A stretch of DNA of 62,496 bases, the filler included, from Sphaeroforma arctica JP610 (Eukaryota): the NCBI RefSeq assembly GCF_001186125.1. It is 6 parts of 2 records of this genome, joined end to end, with 100 filler letters (N's around TTAATTAATTAA, not from the genome) between each part and the next. Parts side by side here need not be neighbours in the genome. Positions count along the whole stretch, not along the records: positions 1 to 9,557 come from NW_014040523.1; positions 9,658 to 27,421 come from NW_014040523.1; 4 more parts are not named here. One strand, written 5' to 3'. The position numbers and the translations under genes were made by a program. The notes beneath the pieces are model-generated. The model ran no database searches, was not told the origin of the DNA, and was given only the letters and a program-made list of their open reading frames with translations. This document shows, one piece after another, positions 1 through 10,293 of the stretch (position 1 is its first letter; each line of letters opens with the position of its first letter).

Positions 1-366
1 TACGGAGGTTTATAGTTCTATATTTACATACAGATATTTACGACTAGTTTCGCAATACATGTATCTTTGGGTTCGTATATTTTTCAGTATAATATGTGTA
101 TGTATTTATTCATTCTTATTTCTTCCAATATATATTCTGTATATTTCGATATATGTACGTGATCAATACTTAAACGGTTGGTCTCTGCCTGCATAGCAAA
201 CTGTAAATTGTGCTAGGGGTTGGATGTTGCAAATACAAAATTATTCTTTCAGATCCTGATTGTGAGGACTTCATAAAATCATTTCTGACGTAAGTGCTTT
301 GTATGTTAGACATCTCGGCGAATCTATCTGCACTCAACGTTTTAAATGATAAACTCGCGGTCTCAG

Positions 367-3300
367 GTATTACACCGAGGCGATGAGGACGGGAACTACG
401 CAAATATACAAGATTCAATAGAGGCTCACCTTATAATTACCTTATCCGATGGTTCGGAGGTTGTCAACACCAGGAGGGTAGGTTTAGTTTTATACGGCGA
501 GTATGATCCGCTTGTGTACTCTGTGAGAGTGCTCCTGCTTTCACCTATTCAGTGAGCAGACACATACATAACACATAGAAGTATATATACGTTTATATGC
601 GCACACTCGTATGACTATATCGTTGTTTATTCGTACACTAACAAAAAAACATGTACTTCAATTCTGCTATGGCTTACAATATTCTTAGTCCGAGAAAGAA
701 TGTCTGTATTTGATACGACTGCACAACAAAAATAGTGCTCGTATATGCCTGATATGGTAATGATGCTTAGGTAGCATGAAGTAGGTGTAGAATCCCTCGG
801 GGCGTATGTACGTGCCTTCTCTCTTAGCCTGACCCAAATTAGCAGTTCTCCTTTTCCTCTCCTCAGCTGAATTGGCATATATATGTGTAAGCCTCGTATA
901 TGTGCGGTCCTCGTTAGTCTCAGTGTTTTACTCGAATTGTCGTTTAGTGTCTGGGTCCCGGCTATAGAAGAAATCAATTTAATGATTTCTTCTTCTTAAT
1001 AATTGGCGTAATTACAATTCCCAATACAGAATGGTTATACTACGACCAAGGCCGTTACCAGTATGAACGATGGTATGACTGAGGGCCTGCAAATGATGAA
1101 AATCGGCGATCATTTCCAGTATGTGACTATGATAGAAAATGTCGTGCACACTGACACAAATTTGAACAACACACATGCACACGTATGAATCAGACTTATT
1201 TCAAGATTGTCAAAGGTAGGTCTGTGAACACATCCTAATATACGCGCAAACAAGGCAATTGAATCTGGCACTTCTGTGTAGACATTCATCGACGGGACGC
1301 CTAGATCGTTCATGCGCTAGTGCTGATGGTATACAATCCCCGAGTTCTTCATCTAATGCTAGTTGCCAAGTGGCCTGTACGAATAACTCTCGCGCGTTTC
1401 CATTCAAACGCGTGGACTTATCTATTATATAACTATCATTTTTATCTATATCCCACAGAGCTCGATCTACCCTGACCTTTATATGCAAGCCGTTTCATAT
1501 CAAGAGAAAATTCGAAATACTGAGTTTATATGCCGTGCGATGCTTTTTTATACGCGAATAGCTGAGATAGACAGGTCGCATTTATGTAGAATCACCTTTT
1601 TGGCATAAATCTATCTCGTCCCATTTGTATCGCTCATATCAAACGCGAAATGGATATGTGCTAAAATTGGCACAATTCAATTTGGTGGCATTCTCATACA
1701 AGCACACAAATTCCAAATGGCTACAACCTGGAAAGACATTTTGATGACTAATTGCCTAGCTATTTTTGTCGCATGTCAGGTTCTTCATTCCGAGCGAGAA
1801 ACGGACCGGTGCGTCGTACGGTGACTCGGTGTATCCCGGCGATGTTCTGATATACGATGTAGAGGTATTTGATATTATGGAACCCAACTATCTGTCCTGG
1901 ACCGAAGACCCCAAGAAGATACTGGGTGTTCTAGTGTTTCTGTACTTTGGACTCAAGTACTTCAGAGACGATCGGCGCAAACTCACCCTACCGCTCGTGA
2001 CAACGGACAAAGCCACTGCGCCCACAAACACGCGCGTGTACATGGACATTTCCATCGGAGGAGAAGCGGTAAGTATACTATTTGTATATTGGGGAGTCAC
2101 CGTGAACGCAACGTGTGATGCGATAAGCTATTTTGTGTCATTGGCAGTAAATTTTGTGTTTTGTTTTGTTCGTATACACATACACGGTGCTGGTTGACGT
2201 AGGAAGGATGGGAGAACAATTTTTTAACTCTATATCCATAAGTTCATCAACCTATATTATAAGGGAAAAGAATCTATCTCGTATCACACTACGCAACCAA
2301 TAACCCCCGATACTCATCCTTTGGAATACTGAATGTAAACATGTTATTTCGGGCTATATTGTCATTTCCCTCTCTTTATCAGTGAATTTATATTATTATC
2401 CGAAAATAACTCACACTACGCCCAGCAAATGCACCTGTTATCTAATTTAACTATCGTATCACAATTCAGGCAGGGAGGATCGTATTCGAACTATTCAACA
2501 ATATAACGCCACGCACAGCAACCAATTTCCGATGTATATGTACTGGCGAGAAGGGTAAGAGTTCCAATGGACTGGACCTTAACTACAAAGGCGTCGAGTT
2601 TCACCAAGTAAAGCCTGGCTTTCTAATACAAGGTATGACTGGCTGCCCATCCTTGTGTCTCGATCTTGTTCGTGTGTGCAAGAGTCACGTGTGTTAGAGT
2701 GTATACTTGCATATATCCACACGCGTTGTTTGATTAGGTATATATATATGGTGTTGTGTGATTGTGGTCGTCTACCACACGAGGCCTGAGCTACAAACTC
2801 TGGGGTTTCACGAATGTTAACCATGGATCTCTACCAGGTATTATATGTGTGCTGTATCCTTGCTTGTGTGTATCTACACGTTTCTCCGGATCTGTATATA
2901 GGTATATATTTGTACCCAATACATCGGTACACATGGTGTCATGTCCATGGCTTCAGCAAAACCTGCATCAATGTAACACTTTTTATTAGTTTTATGGTAG
3001 GCAAAAGTGTATCGATCCTGCAGCTAAATCGGAGTGTGACAACTCATTCGCATGGCATGGTGGCAACTGGTTTTAGTCCCGACAATACCCTGGTACCGTC
3101 GTGAGCAAGGGCTAGTAGGAATAAATTGTCACCAGGCAAATCATGCTATCTAGAAAAGCTTAATGACACTTGTATTTGTATACCGGTGTTGCTATGTGTA
3201 GCATTGGTGACTTGTATTGCACACTATCTGCACAGGCAGCAGTAACTTCGCCACTGCTTACTACTGCTAGTTGCGACCCACCACTATACCTCTTTATATG

Positions 3301-4465
3301 AGACCAGTGTCGTGGTCTGTTCGATTCAATTGTAAGCTCGCATCTGTTCGTAGTAGCTTCTGCCTTCTATATACAGCTATAGTCATTTCTACCGAAATGT
3401 AGCATACACCATCTTTGTGGTTGTGAGCGTAGCTACTTTATTTCGTTTTTTAACATATGAGCTATATCAAAGGGATGCCGTGTCTGGCAATAGAGTGTGA
3501 GATGTATTGGCCATGCACATTGTGTATTGCTGCTGCGTTGTGACTGTGAAAATTGAGCGAAAGGGCGAGATACCATTGTGGTATCCATCCACCGTATCTG
3601 TGACTATGCTAATATTCATATGATCCGCTTTACAGGCGGGGATATTTCTAAAGGAAAGCGAATGAGTGAGAGCATCTATGGAGGTCGGTTCAAAGACGAG
3701 TGGACGCATGGCACTATACAGCACAGCAAGGCGGGTCTACTGTCAATGGCCAACGCAGGCAAAGACACCAATGGCAGCCAGTTCTTCATCCTGTTGGGAA
3801 AAGCCGAGTATCTTGTACGTAAAAGTGGCTATCGGAAATAGCGTTGGTAGATTTATTTCTGGTTTTCTGTCCGTGTTCTATGCTGAGTGATACAGATTTA
3901 AACTGAGTATTTGACCGACCTCGCAAGTTTTACATCATGATCTAAAGTTACTCAAAATGTACAGTGTGCGCGAGCGTCAACTGGATCTGTCAATAGCTCA
4001 CATCTTACAAGAGACCCTTAAGCAGAGCGTCTAGCAAGCGGCGGGTCAAGTAACACAGAAATTAGTATCCTGTATCATGTTACTACGCTAACAATATGAT
4101 ATGAGTATATCTGGATTCTTAGTATAACTATAACGTGATGACGATTTTCTTATATGTTATCCTGGCTGTCCTTCAATTGACACTGTTCACTGTCCTATCC
4201 CCGAAGCCAGGATAACCTCAAAACTTGATTCTCAACAACACTTCTTTACCATATCAATTTAGCTCATTTCTTTTGCACTTATTAGGATGGTAAACACGTG
4301 GTGTTTGGAATGGTAGATGAGAGTGATGAGGATATATGCAAGGTGTCGTACGACGTGCTAGATGCAATTTCTGCCGTGGGAGCGAAGAGTGGTAAGCCAA
4401 AGAAAAAGGTAGTGGTGGAAAGTTGTGGAGTTGTTCAACCTACCAATACGAAAAAGAGACTATAG
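367..4465 (+). CDS. Dual-domain immunophilin: FKBP-type domain + hydrophobic segment + cyclophilin domain (5' end not resolved in the window)
   Basis: Exons 367-477, 1030-1118, 1780-2068, 2470-2632, 3636-3814 and 4286-4465 have GT-AG ends and matching phases. FKBP-like text: VLHRGD...[44 protein letters not shown]. Cyclophilin text: [64 protein letters not shown]. The protein ends ...TKKRL*. Confidence 0.9.
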
Positions 4466-5436
4466 GAAAAAATAATATACTCAGAATGGGCATACATGAA
4501 GTTTAAATAGAACATACACATAACCTCCTTGTTCTACTAGTAGGGGTTAGGAGGCTATGAAGCCTATGATATAATATACTAATCAGTTTCCATAAATTAA
4601 TAATTATACATAACACACGGGGGAAAGTGATATCCGAAAATGAACTTTGAACAGTTTTCAAGTGTTTTATATGAAGCCAATCAAAATACAAGATTTTGTT
4701 TTTACTCAATAGATTTCATTTTTCTTTGGAATTGTTGTGGTATGTACATCAGTACAACAGTACACAAGTCAATTGACAATTGTGATACATAAATATTAAA
4801 TGCGCCTTCTTTGGTATTCTCTTGTGGTAAATATGTACAAGTCCTACGGACGTTTAATAGTCCGTTGCATAGCTCTCTTAAAATTAAATATGTGGCATTT
4901 TTCTTTCTTTCTCTCTCTACTAGTCTAGTAGTAGATTAGTAGTAGAGGGTCATGACTCATGAGTCAATTGTACATACGCCTTCAGATCCGAACTCCATTA
5001 AAAATACTGTTAACTACAGAACAATATATTACATTATAAATAGCTGTATGACATATCCAAAATGACCATCTGAGGTAATGAGGATCGTAAATCTAAAATC
5101 ATAAATCTGACCACAGATTATGGCCCATCCTCTATTGCAATAAATGTTGACAAAAAAAATATGCTTGTTTTATAATACTTCTTGATTGGCTGCATACACA
5201 CAAATGCACATTAATCATCACGAAGGTTTACTCTAGGCTACTAGCCTCCCTGGGCGGCTGGGCCTCAGCCCTCAGGCCTCGGGTCTCAGGGCCTCATTGC
5301 GGCCGGGCTCAGGCTCAACGCCGCCTCAGCCCTCATCACTCTTCAGTCATCAGCCCTCGACCTCAGGTCCTGGGTTACTGAGCCTGGGCCCTGGCCGCCT
5401 TGACCTGGTAAATAAATAAATAAATAGAGGTATGTA

Positions 5437-6169
5437 CAGTCAACCCTCGATTATTGTCTACTCACATTTTTGTTTGCTCCAATAATTGTCCACTTTTTCC
5501 TGCTACATAGACCATACTCGCCATAGACCTTAGTGCTTGTTATCCCAAAAGAATGCGTTACAAATCATGATGTGAAAGAAAGAGAATGTCTTTAAAAAAT
5601 TTGATCACTTTAGACATGCAAATGTACTAAACTTTGTATAGAAATCTAGCTCATATCATGCAGTGCTGCGCTAAAACTTGTACTAATACCAATCATATAG
5701 TATAGTAGGTGTACATAGGTGTCTTGGTTGCTATCTGCCAATGCATGATTTTTGTGGCGTTCTAGTCCCTGAGCTGTTTGGTAGACTGGTAGTATAGGCT
5801 ACTGCATGTCAAACGAAACAATAAACGTGCAAGCCACTGTCGCCTCCATTGCAGAATTGAACAGCTGTAACAATCAATTTAATAGGCTATAAACGCTTCT
5901 ATAGCAGATTCTAGTGAAACCTATAGGCTATAATAGCAGGTTCTAGTGAATGTATTTTGTAGCAGTTTTTGCTGTTCTGGCGTTAGTCAACGATAAGACG
6001 TAAATGCGTATCAAAAGGAACAAGTTTTTTTTCTCCTGAAGTAGAGCCTTATGGCCGTGCATACTGGGCTCTGAGCCCTTGACTGTAACACAAACCATAA
6101 ATGTCCACTCCAATTATAGTCTAACTTTTGGCTGAAAACGGGTGTTGGACAATAATCGAGGTTTGACTG
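5437..6169. mobile_element. Non-autonomous Tc1/mariner/pogo-like MITE
   Basis: Left end TA|CAGTCAACCCTCGATTATTGTCTA and the reverse complement of the right end TA|CAGTCAAACCTCGATTATTGTCCA form ~24-bp TIRs with 2 mismatches. TA flanks both sides. No transposase ORF. Confidence 0.8.
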
Positions 6170-7780
6170 TACAGTTACAGTGTACAATTGTACATACGTA
6201 CTGTACATACATAATCCTCCACACTTGTGCCGGTTTGTATTTTTGTGATTGCGAGTCTGTGACTGTGAGGGCTGAGGCCTGAGGGAGTGAGGGCCTGAGG
6301 GCCAACAAATATTTTGGTGAAATAAAGTTGGCGAATTATGCCAAAAATAAGGGCGGGCACAAACCAAGGCCCCACTAACGTATTAAAACGTATTACGTTT
6401 TGCGTTAACGCATCAATTTGAAAGCGTGTTTACGTATTACGAATTGAAGTCTGCCCTGGGCCTGAGGGCTGAGGCGCCTGAGGGCTGAGGCGCCTGAGGG
6501 CTGAGGGATATTTACATAGATATGCTAGGCTAAATACGTCCAATCGTCCACCGCTAAAAATAATGTTTTTAACCATATTCAAATCCAAATCCCGTTGATG
6601 GGTGTGGCTCTGTGGCTTTCATGAATCGATTCCAACGATAATTTGATTTCCAATGCTGAATGTAAAAATGAGAAAACAAGGCAATACATTTTGTTCATCA
6701 GTGCTCAATTTACATTTTCGGTACGACGAAACCTGATTTCTGCTCCAGACATATCCAGGGGGCCAGGTTTTTTTCATGGCCCTCTGGATTTCAGGATTTG
6801 GGTCTCTGCTAATTTACGATCTCCGGCTCTCCGCTTAGACGAAACCTGATTTCTGCTCGCGAGTCGCAACCTTACTAATCCAGTGGGCCGTGCTTGTCGA
6901 ATATTTGTTTAAAAATGAGCCCTTTTCTTGAATTTTGTTTTACTCGTAGCCACCGCGTAGCCAGCTCTCTGATTTACTTCATAGACTCCCTCATAGACAT
7001 CGTACTAGCTACTTCAAGGTATTTACCGACGCATTTGTATTAATATCCGCTTTCAATGGGTAATAAATATGACCCTGTTCAATCATATGACCCTGTTCAA
7101 TCACATGCTGAGAAAATCTGTGAATTTTCTTCGATTTGCCGATTTGGAGAATCGATTTTGTTGTTGAAATAATTGATTTGAAAATAAAAGTGGGCTAGAA
7201 TTAGACTAAGGCGATTGCCGAAAAATATGGATTTCAAATTAATTTGTTTCAAAATAAAATACCGGTGTGAGCAGCCTTATCAGTTATGAAACTTATGATA
7301 TCATTGAAATGTATCAGCAGTATTTTTTTAACTTATCAAGAGCTTCAAGAATCAAGTATGACGCATAGGGTTTTTTATATTATAAAATTCAGGTTTGAAG
7401 AGAATCAGTTTTGTTTTAAAAACAAATTGTGAATGTCCATCAGCAATTTTCAAATTTATTTTTAGACAAACTCGAAGACAATAATATTTATTTTTGGAGT
7501 TGAAGGGAACATTTGTTCAATTTTCAGATATATTTTTAAATATAAGAATTTGAAATTAAAATAAACATTCCTTCAAAATCTGTGTAAAACTGTGAATACA
7601 TTGCTATATATTATCAAATGTCTCGTGTAACTTAGCATAAAAGCTCTACTTTTTAAATAGTCATTCTCACTCGATTAACAGCCTGCGATACCTGACTGTA
7701 CCAATGGACTGCTCTGGTTGGTGAGAACTACATTCATAGACGAGAAATTGTGCAACGTGGGAAGCTTTCACTACGCCGCG

Positions 7781-9372
7781 ATGGATTTAACCTCTTCTTC
7801 AACCTCTTCATAGCAAAGTTCAAGCAAAGCGATCATTAGCACGGATTCTGTGTTTGTGGACTGCGTGCAAACGGTGGACAGCACAGTTAAATCATCTCTC
7901 GGCAGAAAATTGAGCAAGTTGAGCTCGTGGAGTGGTATATCCGGAGCACGAAGTACCATCGAGGTTGCCTCTCCTGTCGTGCAGAATGCTATCGTGCAAA
8001 ATGGGACCACCGAACCCACCGCCGGGGATACATCACTGAGCACTCACAAGTACAGCTTATGGAAAACTATACAACAAATTAGAACAAAGAAAATCATAAC
8101 TGGACGTGATTACAGCATTCTGGGTGTTTGGGGTCATGTCGTCGTTTTACTATTGAATTTCATTGTATATGGGTCCCTGTGCGCAGTAGCCTATGAGTAC
8201 ACTACATTGATGTCTCCCGTGTCTCCCGTGTCTGAGAAAACAGTTGCGATAATAACTATTCTTATCGGCTGCTGCTACACGATAATCCAAGTATTCCTTA
8301 CCGTGGGATACTGGCTTTGGCATCATACAAATCCACTGATGATGACACGAGGAAGGCTGTATATGACAATTATACTGATTACTACTTCAACTGCTGTGAT
8401 TCTGCAGACCTTGTTGACAATGACTGAGCTTGGGATTCCCATAGTACCCCATTGGTTGTATGTACTAATGGAAGCTGTTAAGCACTTCAGCTGGCTAGTT
8501 TTTTTGGGTGCGCAAGTTGCTCGTCAGCGGTTGCTCTACAGAATATTCGTGGCGAGTGCATTCAGAATTGAAGATACGAATATGACTGGATCCTTTGCCG
8601 TGGTAATTTTGTGGGCCATTTATGGAGCCGGAAGTATTGCTGCGATAGCAGTTCTACTCGTCAGCGGTTGCTCTACAGAATAATCGTGGCGAGTGCATTC
8701 AGAATTGAAGATACGAATATGACTGGATCCTTTGCCGTGGTAATTTTGTGGGCCATTTATGGAGCCGGAAGTACTGCTACGTTAGCAGTTCTACAACCGA
8801 CTGAACACTGGTGGATTCTCATGTTTGCCAATGTTATATTACCATCACAAGCGGTTTTACTGGCCCTGCTCTATTACTCTTGGAAATCGAGGCACATATT
8901 TAAAGCATTCAGCGACTGGATTGACAATCTGCTTGCCGCAAGTAACACTATAATGCTTCCTACAATTGACCTGATACTGAGGATCACCGTTTTTGATAGC
9001 GGAGCCCCATCGAGAACGAACCCTCCTTCGATTGAGACAATCCTTGTGAATACATTTCTAATTTTCGGAGATGTGTCGCTTTGCGTGGTGCAGCTGTTTG
9101 GCAAATTGGCTTTCATCCAGTTCAGCAATATCAAGATAGCCACGGATCTAGATCCTCGACATTTATTCGGGATGGCCTGGCGCAAGCATAGTGTTCGTGT
9201 CGGTAAAACTGCCGCATCGAGACCTGCTCCTTCAGAGGTACCACAGGCATTCAACGTTGTAGGTGGCAGCGCAATGAATACGTATGGCCCGTCAGCAGTC
9301 TCCTCGAAATCCTTCGAATGCAAAAAGCAACAAGCCGAGACCGCTGCCTCTACCGTTCTTGGTGTCGGTTGA
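7781..9372 (+). pseudogene. Intronless class C (7tm_3, GABA-B/mGluR-like) GPCR-like multipass membrane gene, disrupted
   Basis: ATG at 7781 in GCCGCG-ATG-G context, with an in-frame TAG at 7811-7813. A 137-bp tandem duplication (8520-8656 / 8657-8793) shifts ORF 7850-8683 into ORF 8611-9372. There are about 8 hydrophobic segments. HTNPLMMTRGRLYM, LGAQVARQRLLYRIF and WKSRHIFKAFSD resemble class C ICL1, TM3 and ICL3 motifs. Confidence 0.6.
8520..8793 (+). repeat. 137-bp tandem duplication (2 copies, 4 mismatches)
   Basis: CTCGTCAGCGGTTGCTCTACAGAAT...GCAGTTCTA starts at 8520 and again at 8657. Confidence 0.95.
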
Positions 9373-9557
9373 AAAAATTGATATTAATTGCTTGCTGTGC
9401 ACAATTTGGTACCCGTGATGAACCACCTCGTAGAACACTACAGAGTATCCTAATATTCGATGACAGGGTTGAACATAGCATCCTGATATAGGACATCAGA
9501 AGGAAAAATAGCAATAAATTCTTAGTTCATGTTGTCTCTTTAAGATTATTATCATAT

Positions 9558-9657
9558 NNNNNNNNNNNNNNNNNNNNNNNNNNNNNNNNNNNNNNNNNNN
9601 NTTAATTAATTAANNNNNNNNNNNNNNNNNNNNNNNNNNNNNNNNNNNNNNNNNNNN
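9558..9657. other. Artificial contig/scaffold linker (N44-TTAATTAATTAA-N44); also at 27422-27521, 53136-53235, 57632-57731 and 59732-59831
   Basis: The same 100-nt N-padded palindrome, with stops in all frames, occurs five times. Confidence 0.95.
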
Positions 9658-9790
9658 ATATATAATGTATGTAGCCTCTTGTGAAACCTTTGGAGTTTGG
9701 ACTATGGAGTTTGGACTCTTGGACTTGGAGCCTTGGAGAGTTGGACTTTTGGAGACTTGGAGTTGGGAGAACATGGAGTGACGTTAAATA

Positions 9791-9930
9791 TTTTTGGCGT
9801 TTTATAAATCATAGCCTCCATAAATTGAACAAATACTAGAATTACCAGCTCAGCCAAAAGCCCGCCAAAACAATTTATAGTGATTTTGTGAATCCCGCCA
9901 GAAGCACAAGACTCCCACTAATAGCCAATC
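9791..9930 (+). promoter_or_regulatory. Putative E2F sites and CCAAT box upstream of DNA polymerase alpha
   Basis: TTTTGGCG at ~9792, CCCGCCAAAA at 9861-9870, TCCCGCCA at ~9893 and AGCCAATC at 9923-9930. These lie 360-500 bp upstream of the ATG at 10294. Confidence 0.4.
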
Positions 9931-10293
9931 AAATGTCAGTGGCCTTTTGCTATGTTTTTTTTTTGGTAAGCATATCGTTGTTACCTGTAGACTGTAGTGA
10001 TAGACTGTAATAGACGGTAGAACATCGCGTACAATAGTTACGTGTATTTACTATGGAGACTAATGTAGTAGTATTTCTAATAGAATATTATAAAGATATA
10101 GACCATAAAAAATACAATAAGATAAGATAACACCTTCATTCGTATGACATACACAAGCGGATGCGACTAAACTGTGGTTTATAGTGGATATTCAGGTAGA
10201 TTTATCTTGTATCCGAGGTTGCATGCGTTTTCACATTATTCCAACCTAATATCGCGTTAGTGGAGATTACACATAGTTATATATACTAGCACC

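Noticed and set aside
253..289. Candidate upstream exon of the immunophilin
   Set aside because: It has AG/GT ends, but the frame matching exon 367 contains TGA.
9602..9613. TTAATTAATTAA palindrome recurring five times
   Set aside because: It is always embedded in identical N padding, so it is an assembly linker. Adjacency across these joins is unproven, although POLA1 continues collinearly across one.
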